From Eledone cirrhosa (taxonomy: Eukaryota), in contig OZ024741.1 of NCBI GenBank assembly GCA_964016885.1, positions 233,554,001 to 233,618,000 on the forward strand: a stretch of 64,000 nt of DNA. Direction: 5' to 3'. This document shows, one piece after another, positions 12,546 through 26,160 of this stretch (within the stretch, counting starts at the first letter, position 1; each line of letters begins with the position of its first letter). Made by a program: the position numbers and the translations under genes. The notes beneath the pieces were generated by a model. It had not been told where the DNA came from. It did no database searches and saw only the letters and a list, made by a program, of their open reading frames with translations.

Positions 12546-14660
12546 ATTCCAGAACATCCTTAGCTCAATATGGACAGCATGTGCAGCATTGGTGTCACGT
12601 AAGCGGAAAAAACATCCCAAAAGTGCAATTGGGGAGACTGCAGCAGTCCGTCTTGCCAGTAAAGAACATCGCAGTGCTGAACGTGAGTACAAACTGCACA
12701 AATCAGACATCAATAGGAAGAGGCAAAATAAATCGTCCAACCACCTCAAACAGGTGACAAAAAAGGCAGTGCTTCAATTTGAGCAGCGCATAGCAACCAG
12801 CCAGGTTGTTCTGGAAGTATGTTCACTCAAAGCAGAGGCCTCACTCTCCAGTTGGTCCTCTTCACAATCCCCACACAAGCCAGGTTACTGACGACCCCAA
12901 GGAATGTGCAGAGCTCATTTCTGAATGCTATGCAGGCATTTTCACTATTGAAGACCAGAGTTTACCGTCTCCACCACCTATGACACCGGACTCTATTACA
13001 ACCATAGAATTTACACCTGCAATGCTGCGACGTCACCTAAAAAATAAATGCAACCATGCCTCTCCTGGTCTTGATGGTGTTACGTACCTGCTTCTTAAAC
13101 ATGGTGGGTACTTCCTTCTGCACCAGCTATCACGCTTCTTCCAATTCTGTCTGAACAACGGTGCTACTCCAGAACAGTGGAAAACTGCCAGTGTCATTCC
13201 TCTGTTCAAAAAGGGTGACCGCACATCACCTGTGAACTATCGTCCAGTCAGTCTTACTAGTTGCATTGCCAAACTGATGGAATCCTGTGTCAGAGAAACA
13301 CTTTGGAACTTCTGGAACTCTCACAGTCTTATCCGACCCTCATAATTTGGATTTATCCCCAACTCCAGCTGCTGTGATCAACTTATCGAGTTTCTTGAGG
13401 ACATCACCCGGATCACTGATGGCGGCTCATGGGTGGATGTTGTTTACCTTGACTTTGTGAAAGCTTTCAATTCTGTGCCACACAAAATGCTTATGGCAAA
13501 ACTCTCTGCAATGGGTGTGAAGGATGATCTTTTTAACTGGTTGAAGTCCTTCACTCTCAGTCGAAGAGAGGTAGTCACGGTTCTGGGACAGCATTCCTCA
13601 CCATATGAGATGTCATCTGGTGTACCACAGGGATCTGTTCTTGGCCCCCTTTTGTTTGTGGCATATATTAATGACATATATGCCAACTTAAAGAATGCCA
13701 CAGTACTAAAGTACGCAGATGACATCAAGCTGTACCTTGAGATAAAAAGGAGAGATCCTGAACACTATAGATCTTGCTTGCAGTCTGACCTGGACACAAT
13801 GCAACAATGGATCTCAGACTGGCAACTCAAGCTAGCTGTGGACAAGTGTACCACCATGCATTTTTGGAGTAAAAACCCAGCGTCCACGTACTCCCTCCAC
13901 AGCACTAATATCAAGAAGTTTTCTTGTGAACATGACCTGGGCATTACGGTCAGCAGCGATTTGTGTTGGACGAAGCATGTCTCTAAAATTGTCAAGAGGG
14001 ATGAGGGTGTCTTAGCATCACTCAGCAAGACCTTTGTCAGCCGCTCTCCAGCTATCTATTTAAGGCTGTACATGACTATGGTGCGGTCACACTTAGAATT
14101 TGCATCACCAGTCTGGAACCCCTATCTTGCTCAGAACATTGACCGCCTGGAAATTGTTCAGAGACGTGCAACGAATATCCTCCATCAGGCATCTACCATA
14201 CTCTGAACGCCTTGCTTCCCTGGGCATGGATACATTGAAGCTCCGACGCCTGGCAACTGACTTGGTAAACGCCCACAAAATTGTTTGCCAACAACAACCC
14301 TGAGTACCTTTTTGATTTCCATGTGTCTAACACACGTGGACATGTCCACAAGTCAGAAAATAGTACAGTTCCCATGACTTTCGGAAACATTTTTTCACGC
14401 TCAGAGTTGCTGAAGCATGGAACAAACTACCTGCATCAGTTGTTAGCTGTCGAGACACTGCATCCTTTATAACCTCCATGCTTCCCGAGATTCACTACAC
14501 CTAATGTTCTCCCTCCACACACATGTACACATGTATATCATGACTCATACACTGTCCATTTCCCTGACATTTGTATATTATTCTATGTACTATACATTCA
14601 CCTTTGACGAGTTGTAGTGCACCTGAGCACTTTACACAATAATTTCATTATTATTATTAT
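12546..14660 (+). mobile_element. CR1-group LINE, 5'-truncated, frameshifted
   Basis: PGLDG, NYRPVSLTS, YLDF.KAF, GVPQGSVLGP, YADD, HLEFASPVWNP; (ATT)n tail. Confidence 0.92.
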
Positions 14661-14840
14661 ATATAAACTGCTGCATTAAGTGTGGCCGAAACTCGAGTCC
14701 AGGAACTATTATAGGCACCCGTTTTATGTGTGTTGTATTGAAACGAATAACTATGTGTATCCTACATTGCCTATATAGTACGCTGAGATACAACCGGTCC
14801 TGGCATTGAAAAATATGCTGGGTCTGTCAACTCCTTATTA
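14661..14840 (+). mobile_element. Probable Penelope pseudo-LTR remnant with partly deleted minimal hammerhead
   Basis: CTGCTG-CATTAAGTGTGGCC-GAAA-CTCGAG-TC-CAG: intact 3' half with palindromic loop, core lacking ATGA and the 5' side of stem II. Confidence 0.45.
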
Positions 14841-14899
14841 TATATATATATATATATACACACACATATATACATATCACCATCATCATCATCATCATC

Positions 14900-16420
14900 A
14901 TTTAACATGTTTTCCTTGCAAGTGTTATCACAGCACATGTCAGTACTTAATTAGTGCTACCGATATCTCAGATGGTCCTGGGCCACGTCTTGCGAACATT
15001 CATTCCTACACTCTACTGAGTGTATCGTGCATTTTATCCTGGTACTAACATAATGGAAGTTGTCATGTTTTTGACACAATTGAAGAGTCCTTTCTACTCT
15101 TTGATTAGCAAATTTTCCATGGCTAGATGCCCTCACTCTCCCATTTATTCTCTCCATTCAGCAGTCTCTCATAGGAGTACTTCTGTGCTTCTTTCTTCTT
15201 GGTATTAGACAGAGCAAGTGCTCCACAACTTTTCCCCATCTACATCTCACTTTTCTCTAACACACTGTCTCACAATCCAGAATATTTCCCACCTCTGATT
15301 TCCATGATATAGAACATGCGCAAACTTCTTTTCTGTTTCTCCCCTTGCTAAGTATATGTATCACATATCTATTCTAGCTATTAGTTATTGCTCTCTGTTT
15401 CCGCCAGGCTTGTCTTTTTGTTTTTATGACTATCTATCCTATCATTCTACCACCACATTACCTTTCATCTTACTGGAACCCTTCTCCAGATACAGACCTG
15501 GTCTGGTACTTTTAGTAAGTTGTCTCATAGAAATTCTCAATATTTCTTTATGTTATTGGTCCCCAACTCATCTTCCTTATTGATGTGAGCTTCTAGTAGG
15601 ATTTCTCTGAATTTGTTGCCAACTGGGGATTCTTACAGCTTCTATGTCCTCCGCCTAACTTGCTTTAGTCTCTCAATTCATCTAGCCCTTACTCTAAGAT
15701 CACTGATAACTAATCTATGTTAGAGGATACATTCTTCCCCAGGTAGGGACTTGGCATTTACAGCCATTCACCTATTTCACTTCCAATGTCTATTTGGCTT
15801 ATATGCCCCCCCCCCCCCATTACCAGATTGGTAGGTAATCAGGTGGCTGATTTCCTAAAGTTTGTATTGCAGATGGTTAGATTAACTTCACAATCTTTAA
15901 CTCCTCCTATTTTCTTGTGCCACACCCATATATTCCATGTACTCCAGGAAAGCTGTCACAGTGTTTCCCAACATAGTTATTGAAGTCGCCAGAAATGATA
16001 ATTGTGTCATCATTTGTTGTTGAGATACTCTACAGAAGGGTCTCATAGAAGTGGCCCTTCTGATTGCCTGTGAGCTCACCTTGTGGGGTTTCTGTTGAGA
16101 TTATGATAGCAGTTATATTGCTCAGGGCTAGCCTGAGCTTAATTATCCTATTTCTCTCTGACTACTTCGATCATCTTTTCCACCTATTTTTCAGCCAACA
16201 GCATTCGTACACTGCCTATTCCATCATTGCTACCCACCCAGAAGAACTTGTACACATGTTCTTTGCCTGTTAAGAGTCTGGCTTAAGCTCCTCTTCATCT
16301 TACTTTTTGCACGCAGTGCATGTTTGCACGTCTCCACTCTAACATCTCTACAATCCCTCCTTGACTTGCCTTTCATTTATCCAACGTTGACAGTGGCAAC
16401 CTTAAAGTTACGGACCAATT
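14900..16420 (-). mobile_element. Highly degraded RTE 5' half (APE/linker)
   Basis: Minus strand at 16290-16420 reads IVEMLEWRRANMHCVQKVR.RGA; scattered similarity to 35650-37250. Confidence 0.55.
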
Positions 16421-16707
16421 AAGAAGAGGGGTCCACTGGTGTCATATTCCTTTTTTTGGTCCTGAAAGGTAGAGGGTGTGCATTTTTACCCACTGTGTTG
16501 TATTGTATTGTTACTTGTTCTATGACTATATATATATATCATCATCATCCCCACCGTTTAATGTCTAATTTCCAAAGAAAGAGAGAGAGAAAGCTTATAG
16601 ATTCAGCAATGTGGAAATAACAGTTAAAGTTTTATCAGTAACCAGTTAAACTGATTACTGAATACTTTGTTACCATGACAACACTAGTGTTCCATGAACT
16701 AGTAAAC

Positions 16708-17010
16708 TTTAGTGGTTAGAGTACTGCGATCACAATCGTAAGGTTGTGATTTTGATTTCCAGATCGAGCAGCACATTGTGTCCTTGAGCAAGACACTTTA
16801 TTTTGTGTGGTTCCAGGTGAAAATGAGCTGTATCTGTAATTCAGTGGGAGGGTGCTTGTCACACAGTTTCATGTGGAATCTCCATGAGATCTACACTAAG
16901 GGTGCCTGTATCTGTCACTCAGTCAATTGCACGTTCATGTCGTGAATAGGCTGTTCCATTGATTGAATCAAGTGGAGCACTTGTCGGAAACGATGGAGCT
17001 TTAACAACAG
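16708..17010 (+). mobile_element. tRNA/CORE-like SINE, degraded
   Basis: TTAGTGGTTAGAG head and TGTGTCCTTGAGCAAGACACTTTA as in 48575-48910. Confidence 0.65.
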
Positions 17011-18229
17011 GGCCCCTCAAGATGGTCAATTAATCTGAAGAAATAGCAGCCAAATATTCCTCAAATCACAGCCTGCCATTTCTATGAAAAATGCACATTA
17101 GATAATGTAGTCTGTGATTTCTCACAATGTTTTAAAAAAAAGATGTAATGGTTATGGTTGGATTGCCTTTAATCATAGTCCCCTTTTATCAGAGTCGAAT
17201 TAAGGCTGAACAATGGCAATGTCGAAACCTTACAAAAGAAATTACCCTCATACGATCATAAAATCTGCATAAAATACCAACTAAATGTCCCTCAATTAAC
17301 ACAGAACTGTCTAAAAGATGGATAGATTGGACAATGTAGTCTATATTTCAAAAAGTGGGGTGGTCATGGCTAAAATATTTTTGATTATCATGTATCTATA
17401 TATGATGTTAAGCCCCTACATTGAGCAATGTGTAGAAAGAAAAATATAAATGGAAGAAGGGAGGTTACTCTCACAGAGTTCACAAACCATATAAGTACCA
17501 CTTTAATATATAATTATTGTGTAACCCCTGAGTAGTTAGCCAAATGATGAGGCATGCTCCATATATCCATCATCCCACTTATACTATGTGTCTGCCTAGC
17601 TGAGGACAATTTCTGCCCACATCAACATGGTATGTAATGTGGCAGTTTAGAAATGTTGCCCTCTTACCATTGTACACTTAATTTCTGTACACCCATAGAT
17701 TGTTATAGTGGTGTTCACAGTGGAAACAGACAAGGTGGACATAGAGCATGATAGTTATTGTACCTCTACACATATTGTTTGTGGTGTGTATCACAGTTCA
17801 GTAAAGGTATTAATATTGCTCTTATTTCTGTGTGTATGTCTTCTTGGTGTTTGTTTAGGCTGTGTGAGAAAGATAGTGTTATTGTAGTAGACTGCAGAAA
17901 CAAATTGCTCTTCACATTTCCAGGCCATCTTTTATTTTTAGTATTTTTGTTTCATTGTGTAAATGGTCTGTATGTCTGATCTCTGTCCAACCTGTTACGG
18001 TTGGGTCGTCAGCAGCCCCCCACCAAGCCTGCTTGGTGAGCAGGGTGATTTTTTTACATACTACTAAATGAAAAACAAAACCCATGAAAGAGTAGATGAA
18101 TTTAAGAGTGTCAACAGCTATCCAATAGAGATAGACAGAGCTCATTTGCCTTGGTTGGCAGTATGTCTAAGAGAAGGATCACTCTGATTTCAAAACTGGG
18201 TAAGTCACATTTCACGTGGACAATAGCTG

Positions 18230-20910
18230 TTATGATAATGAAAATGAAAATTGTGTACAGTGCTCAGGTGCACAACAACTCATCAAAGATGCATGTATAG
18301 TACATAGAATAATGTACAAATGTCAGGAAAGTAAACAGTGTATGAGTCATGATATACTCACAGACACATACACATGCATGTGTATGGAGGGGGAATATCA
18401 GGTGTAGTGTTGGTAAATTTCGAGAAGCATGGAAGTTTTGAAGGATGCAGTGTCCCAAAAGATAACTGATGCAGGTAGTTTGTTCAATATTTTAGCATCT
18501 CTGAGTGTGAAAAAATGTTTCCAAAAGTCATGGGAGTTGTATCGTTTTCTGATTTTGTAAGCATATCCATGGGTGATAAACATATGGAATTCAAAAAGGT
18601 GCCCAGAGTTGTTGTTGGGAAGATGGTTAATAACTTTTTGGGTGTCTACGAAGTCAGTTGCCAGACACCAGAGCTTTAATGTATCTATACCCAGGGAAGC
18701 AAGGCATTCAGAGTAATGTAGACTCCTCATGAAATGCATTCGTTTGGTTGCAGATTTCTGAACAGTTTCCAGGAGATCAATATTCTGAACAAGATAGATC
18801 ACCAGTCTGGAACCCCCTAAGTGTGGCCGCACCATAGTTATATACAACTTTAAATAGATAGCTGGAGAGCAGCTGACACAGGTCTTACTGGGTGATGCTA
18901 ATACACCCTCGGCCTTCTTGACAATTTTAGAGATGTGCTTTGTCCAATGCAAGTCGCTGTTGACAATAATACCCAGGTCACGTTCACAAGAAGACTTCTT
19001 GAGATTGGCATCATGGAGGGAGTATGTGGACGCTGGGTTTTTCCTCCCAAAATGCATGATGGTACACTTGTCCACAGCCAACTTGAGTTGCCAGTCCATA
19101 ATCCATTGCTTCATTGTGTCCAGGTCTGATTGCAGGAACGATCTATAGCATACAAGATGTCCTTTTTATCTCAAGGTACAGCTTGATATCATTTGCATAT
19201 TTCAGTACTGTGGCATCCTTTAAGTTGGCATCTATGTTATTAATATATGCAACAAACAAAACGAGACCAAGAACAGATCCCTGTGGTACACCAGATGTCA
19301 TCTCATAGAGTGAAGAATGCTGTCCTAGAACTGTGACTACCTCTTTTCGACTGAGAATGAAGAACTTCAACCAGTTAAAAAGATCATCTCTTACACCCAT
19401 TGCAGAGAGTTTTGCCATAAGTCTTTTGTGTGGCACAGAATTGAAAGCTTTAGCAAAGTCAAGGTAAACAACATCCATCCATGAGCTACCATCAGTGATC
19501 CGAGTAATGTCTTTGAAAAACTCAAAGAGTTGACCACTGCAGCTGGAGTTAGGGATAAATCCAAATTGTGAGGGGTGGATAAGGCTGTGAGAGTTCCAGA
19601 AGTTTCAGAGTGTTTCTCTGACACGGGATTCCATCAGTTTGATGCAGCTAGTAAAACTGACTGGACGATAGTTGACAGGCAACGTGTGATCATTCTTTTT
19701 GAAAAGAGGAATGACACTGGCAGTTTTCCACTGCTCTGGGGTAACACTGTTAAGTTAGAATTGAAAGAAGAGTGAAAGCTGGTACAGAAGAAAGTACCCA
19801 CCGCGTTTTGAGAAGCAGGTACGTAATAACATCAAGACCAGGAACGGCATAGTTGCGCTTATTCATGAGGTGGCATCACATCATTGCAGGTGTAAATTCC
19901 ATAGTTGCTATGGTGGTGCAGATGGTAAATTTTGATTTTCAACAGTAAAAATGCCTGCATAGTATTCAGCAATAAGTTCTGTGCATTCTTTGGGATCATC
20001 AGTAATCTGGCCTGTGTGGGGATTGCGAAGAGGACTAACTGGAGAGTGAAGTCTTTGCTTTGAATGTACATATTTCCAGAACACTTTGTTGTCAAGGTTG
20101 GTTGCTATATGCAGTTCAAATTCAAGCACTGATTTTTTTTTGCCACCTGCTTGAGATGGTTAGATGATCTATTGCGCTTTTTTCAATTAACCTCTGATCT
20201 ATGTAGTCTGCATTTCCGTTCAGCATTACAACGTTCTTTCCTGGCAAGTCGGACTGCTGCAGTCTCCCAAATTGCACTTACTTGGTACTGATGCTGCACA
20301 TATTTTCTATATTGAATTCAAGATGTTCTGAAGTATAGTATTCACATCTTCAGTGTCGTAAAATTCAAACCAGTTTGGGCATTGTAGCTCAGTGTAGTAA
20401 GAGTTCCAGTCTGTTTTAGTCCAGTCAAAGCAAGCAGTTTGGAGGTGATTGTAGTTTTTTGTTACTGCCCATAAGAGACAGATTGGCAATGGTCATAACA
20501 TGATCAGAGTCACCTAAGGGTTCCTCAGTGGTGACACTAATAACTGTTTCAGGAGTAGTGGTGAAGAGCATATCCAAAGTGTTGTCACCTCTTGTGGGGG
20601 AGGTGACTACTTGGGACCAGTTTGAGTCCAGCACCAGCTCATGGAAATCATTTGCACTTTGTGGCCAATGAAAGGTTTCCCAATCAATCTCAGAGTAATT
20701 GAAGTCACCTGCAATGAAAACATAAGTAGACGTATTCCTAGCAGCAGCTCTGGGGATATCAAAAAGCTGTGTCTTGATGGTAATTTGGAGGGTGGTAAAC
20801 AACTCCAAGATGAACTGCAGCTAAGTAGCCAGCTTCCAAGTAATGGTCAAACCCACAGGTGTTGCTTTCTTCCTGAGAATTGTGGACATATAGATTGTCT
20901 ATAGTACCCA
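18230..20910 (-). mobile_element. CR1-group LINE ORF2 (APE + RT), disrupted; same family as 12546-14660
   Basis: APE GDFN..PTRGDNTLD..SDH (20425-20808); RT fragments 18398-19624; matching 3' UTR end. Confidence 0.92.
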
Positions 20911-21139
20911 AACCTTAATAATGAGAATGAAAAGCAACTAGATTTGACCATGAACCAAGGTGGTGTCTGGGAATGTGTCTGTTGTTAAAATAAAAGTGAG
21001 TAGGAAAGAAGATAGGACCCTAATTCCTTCAGTGGCCATGCTCAATATGTAGAAAAGGAGTAGGCATAAACTCCTTACAATGTACACAATGTAAATCCTG
21101 AGTACACAAGAGATGTAGATGGATAACGGATAGACTAAA

Positions 21140-21490
21140 AGGAAATGAAGATTTGTATGTAGCAGATGCACAAGGGGAACAGAGTCAGTGATATAAACCT
21201 CTTCAAGTTACAGGAAGGGTCCATAGAAGTGGTTGATAGCTTCTGCTTTCTAGGTGACTTAATTAGCAGCAGAGCAGGGTGCTCTGAGATCATAATAACT
21301 AGAATAAGGATAGGATGGAAGAAGTTTGGAGAGTTACTCCTACTGTTGACAACAAAAGGTTTCTCCCTCATACAAAAGGACGCCTGTATGATGCCTGTGT
21401 GCAAAGTGAATGCTGCATAGTAGTGAAAGAAGGGCAGTGACTGCAGAAGACATGTGTAGACTGGAGAGAAATGAAGCAGCCATGCTTATA
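21140..21490 (+). mobile_element. Internal RTE fragment
   Basis: EVVDSFCFLGDLISS..GWKKFGELL. Confidence 0.8.
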
Positions 21491-21735
21491 AATGATATAG
21501 TTTAGTTTTAATGAAGTTATTTATATGAACTCATTTGTTGGAGAAACAGTAATTGTTATTTCCCTTTCAGACCTGTGGCACAAAAACAAAAGCGCCTCAC
21601 ATACTAACTTCTATTTTCTCTTTCATGAATTTTCCGCACACTCGCCCACTTGATGTTAAAATGGCAGACAAAAGTTGTACACCATTTTTAACATCGAGTG
21701 AGTGATTTCAATAATAGTTATATATTTAAAATATA

Positions 21736-22211
21736 CTAGCTAATGTACCCAGCTTTGCCGAGGTAAACAGATGATAAGAGAAGACAGGTAGAAGAAAAAA
21801 TGACTGTATTGGATATTTGTCTGGTTTACAGTATGAAACGAGACTATGGTGTGTGTGTTACAAAAAATAAACAGTAAAAAAATCTTCCAGATACACCAGA
21901 TTCTTCGTTTTACCGTTCATGCATAGTATAAGATGTCTAGGTGTTCCCACTCGTGAACAATCTACATATAACTGTCCTTGGGTAAAAAGCGATTCTCTTG
22001 TATTCAATTCTACAACTTTGAATCTCTGAGCCTGAGCTTTATGTAGTCATAGCAAAACTAGCTCTAAGAGGGAGCTGAAGTCTTGAGAATTTGAATGGGA
22101 GAGAGGTAGAGGAAGGGATAATAGGAATCTTGGGAATAAATACATATAGCGAAATACTGGTTTGTATGAATGTAACAAGGAGACGTGGTTTGTGTGTATA
22201 ATATTTAATTA
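21736..22211 (-). mobile_element. Helitron-like 3' portion
   Basis: Minus strand ends CCTCGGCAAAGCTGGG-TACATTAG-CTAG|T, i.e. subterminal hairpin plus CTAG; 5' boundary uncertain. Confidence 0.5.
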
Positions 22212-23684
22212 ACATCATCATCATCATCATCAGGTTTAGCGTCCGTGTTCCACGCTTACATGGGTTTGGACGGGGGTTTTCCCACTTGAGGCAAGAGTGG
22301 TTGTCTTGCTCGCATAGGACTGTCTGGCGGGTTTTCTACAGCTGGATGCCCTTCCTAACACCAACCACATTTACAGTGTGGGGCTGGGAGGTTTTTACCG
22401 TGTTGCCTACACGGCCACATTTACAGCGTGGACTGTGTGTTTTTTTGTCGTGACACCTACACGATCTCATTTGTTTCGGCCTGGATGTTGTGGGACCAAC
22501 ATAACTTTACATTGAAAGGGGCGGTGTGGATGGGGTGGAGGTGGTGGGACGGGGGGGTGTTTTGATAGAGATGCCTACTGACTGTAGTAGGTTTTTACTT
22601 TGTATTTAGGTAAGGCGGGTCTTCTCTATTACTGAGTACCGCCAAAGGTCTCGGTCCAGTGACATTGTCTTGGAGAGGTGTAAGCGTGTGAGGTCGGAAT
22701 TTATCAGCTCGTCCCATGTTTTTCTGGGTCTGCCTACTCCGTGGCTACCGTCTATCTTTATTGCCCTGCACTTTGTTATACAGCTGTCGTCTTTCATGCG
22801 CATCACGTGACCGTACCAACGTAGCCTTCTCTCGAGTAAACAACATCTGATCCCTCTTATTTCTAATTTTTTCCTTAGTTCGTTTATGCTTTGCCGTTCA
22901 CGTATATTACTATTGCACATCCAGCGGAGCATGCAAGCTTCGTTCCTCTCTAGTCTGCGTATATCCTCTGCACACAATGCCCAGGTCTCACTCTAGCTAC
23001 TGTACTTTCAGAGCACCCTCCCCCACTGCTGATTTTGTCACCCAGGTAACGGAAGCGGTCCACTATTTCTATAGAACCCTCTGCGCAGTTGAAGGAGCTA
23101 GTATTTTGTGGGCACTTGCTGCTACTTATTGCACCAGAGCACCGGCCACATGTAAAATCTATGTTCTTAGTTAGCTTACCTGTGATCCCACTACATCTTT
23201 TATGCACCCATACTTTGCATTTGGGACATAAAATGGAGTTTCTACCTACGCCTTTCCTACACACTGAGCATGGCTATTTCCCAGATGGGACTGCCGCCTT
23301 ATTTTCTTTCCTACAAACTAGAACTTTAGTCTTAGCCAGGTTAATTTTAAGGCCTTTTGATTCTAGGCCGTGCTTCCATGTTTGGAATTTCTTCTCTAGT
23401 TCGGTCATTGATTCAGCTATAAGCGTTAGATCATCTGCGTATAGGAGTTCCCATGGGCAGCCGGTCTTGAACTCCTCTGTTATAGCCTGAAGGGCAATAA
23501 TAAATAGTAGGGGGCTAAGAACAGAGCCCTGATGGACACCAACTTTTACGCTAAACTCTTCACTATATTCGTTGTTAATTCTAACCTTACTGACTGTTTC
23601 TTTATACATGGCTTGTATAGCTCTCACAAGCCATTCGTCAACACCTAGTTTTCTAAGAGACCACCAGATAATGGAACGGGGCCA
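22212..23684 (-). mobile_element. 5'-truncated RTE LINE with an internal deletion near 22990
   Basis: GVHQGSVLSP, YADD, PHD finger, C-terminus; near-identical to 28793-30370. Confidence 0.93.
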
Positions 23685-23970
23685 TGTCAATGAATAGATG
23701 AAAGAATGAAGCAAAGTTATTAGTTACCGTTTGATTGCCAGGGCTACACACGCCTGAGGCAAGACTCCTGGCGAAAGCCAGGAGGCGCCTGACCGAAAAG
23801 GCGAATGAGAGGCCGGGCGCCGGAAAGTTGAATGAGAGAAAGAGAACTTAAAGTTGTTAGTTTTATAGGGTTCTGACCGGATGTTACAGAAAGGGTTCTA
23901 CTTCCTGTCTAGAGAGCGTTAATCTATTGGGGATGTGAGTGTCACAACAAGGGAGGCAACTCCTGCTACA
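23685..23970 (-). mobile_element. 286-bp LTR of an LTR retrotransposon with upstream polypurine tract
   Basis: Minus strand TGTAGC...TTGACA termini; TGGAGGGAAGTAA immediately 5'; CCCTATAAAA TATA box; AATAAC near the 3' end. Confidence 0.7.
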
Positions 23971-25557
23971 TTACTTCCCTCCAGATTTTTAAAATATAAA
24001 AATCACATGAAATATGTATGTAGCAAGTTGGCGAGAATGTTGTAACAGGCATGAAAATTACGAAAAAAAAAATAATGTTTGCAAAAATCAATGATAGATA
24101 TCAAGGTAGTCAACCGCTCTTGGCCAGAGAACGACTGGACATCTATCTATCCATCACCCAAAGATACAATGTAATAAAGTAAGAGAAGAGCTCAAAGTTC
24201 AAATGTACAAAATATAGTTCACAGGTGTGCAATGACAGCAGGAAAGAAAGTGTGATCCAAAGAATGAATGCAGGTGGTTTCTGTTCTGTGGTATATCGTG
24301 AAATATCCAACCTCTGAATGAATTTTCTCACAGGAAGAGTGCTGCAAAAATAAATTCTCTGGCTTGTTCTGCTGGTTTTGGTTGTTGATGAAGCTGTGTT
24401 GCTGTTGATGTTGTTGTCTCGCGGAGTGAGCGTATTCGATGTTTAAATTCACAGTAAAAACATTTTTTCAGAAAAAATGAGTTTCGCAAAGTGCTAGAAA
24501 TAACAGCCGAAGTTGATGGTCGATGTTGAGAATGCGTTGACCTGGAAGGGTCAAGAGGCCAGCGACCAAAGAAATAAGCATTCTGAATAAATGCGCAATT
24601 TTCAACGGCAAATTTACGTGGTAAATTTTTAAACCGGCAAATAGGAGAATATAGCTTAAAGCTGGAGAATCCTTGGCAAGAAACGTTATCCCTGGCGTGT
24701 GGCTACCTCAGTGAATCGAGAATCCTACACGTGCCAAAACAAGGTTAAGTTGAAAAAATAATATTTCTAATGCGCGAGAAAATGGCGCGAAAATGATAGT
24801 GCAACAGGTCGTTGGCAGCCATTTTGAAAAAATGTGTGTGTGAAAGTGACGATGAAAAAGAAAGAAAGGCTTCACTTAGCATAACAAATATGGCGAGTTC
24901 AATTTGTTTTTTTGTTTTTTTTTAGTGTGAACTTTGAAAAAAACTTGAACGATGAAAAAAAAGGCAATGGTTGAGGTTCATCGAAAATAAATGTTCCTGT
25001 TGAAATGTTTTTTTTTTAAAAATCAAATTTCTTTTTTCTTGTTTGTTTAAAAAAAAAGCAATGGTTGAGGTTCATCGAAAATACATGCGTTCCTCAAAAG
25101 GATGATGGAAGTTCCAATTTTTTATATGTAGATATAAATATTTGTATATAAATGTGTGTGTCCGTGTGTATGAGTGTGTGCATGCAATGCGTGTGTGTAA
25201 ACCAGCGTTTAATTTTATAATAGCAACAAAAATTGTTTAATTTTGTCGTCATTTGCAACACTAATCCAAACCCTATAACTAAATTATACCCTTTATCATT
25301 AAATTTAATAAAAATAGTTTTCATTCATTACGGTAGTAGCAGCAGTCAGCGTTATTTGTTACCTCCCTTTGGCAATTTTTACTACATTATAAAACGTCAG
25401 TAACAAACTTTTACCAAACATTTTTGGTATGCTTATAGGAATATTTACTATACAGTAGGCGGTAAAAAATTATTTCCATGTGAAAGTGGGCATTGACGCA
25501 AAACAAAACAGGTTTGAAACCTCTGATGTAGAAGATCTCGTTTCAAGATCTCCTGTT

Positions 25558-26160
25558 TTATTTATAAGTTTTATTTTTATCCAGACAAGAACGTATTGAT
25601 TCCCATTCAATCTTAATATCATCTGGATAACGTATTAATACCTGCAGGAGTTTCTCCACCTCACCTTTTCTGAAGCCTTCTTTATCATACCACCATTTAA
25701 AAATTCTGTCCTTTGTAATGTCTTTGCCCTTATAGTTAAGTACTTTCCCAATAACTTCCCCCGTTACAATGATATTTTGACAACATTTCTGCAACAAATT
25801 AATATGCAACTCAGTTTTTTCAGCAAGATTCAAACATGTGAAGATATCATCGGGAGTTGGTGTTGCTCTAATAAGATTAGCAATGTTTTTATTATTCTTA
25901 TCAAAATATGGCAAAAGTTTGTCATATATGTCATGTTTGTCAGATTTATCCTGCTTCTTTATATCTTTAATAATTTTATCAAATATAAATTTTTTCTTGT
26001 CACTTACTCCTTCTTCAAAACCAGGATTATATATATTAGATTTAATCAGATGATCAGCTAAAGTTGACATGTCCACTACATTCATTGTATCCTCGATGTC
26101 TTTCCTGTTTTTTTCTATTTTGAAAGCATTAGGCATTTCATATTTTTTCTGATCACAATT
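25558..26160 (-). CDS. Terminal coding exon of a CARD + death-domain-like adaptor protein (192 aa from ATG 26136)
   Basis: Uninterrupted non-repeat ORF; strong acceptor T-tract-GTTTTAG at 26162-26161 in frame; CARD-like KNRKDIEDTM..LADHLIKSNI..LLPYF..IANLI and DD-like IFKWWYDKEG..VEKLLQVL. Domain calls by eye only. Confidence 0.6.
   Translation of the reverse strand, partial: NCDQKKYEMPNAFKIEKNRKDIEDTMNVVDMSTLADHLIKSNIYNPGFEEGVSDKKKFIFDKIIKDIKKQDKSDKHDIYDKLLPYFDKNNKNIANLIRATPTPDDIFTCLNLAEKTELHINLLQKCCQNIIVTGEVIGKVLNYKGKDITKDRIFKWWYDKEGFRKGEVEKLLQVLIRYPDDIKIEWESIRSCLDKNKTYK

Noticed and set aside
23740-23830. Hammerhead in the LTR (retrozyme)
   Set aside because: Hairpins and GAAA present but no CUGANGA correctly placed before a stem II
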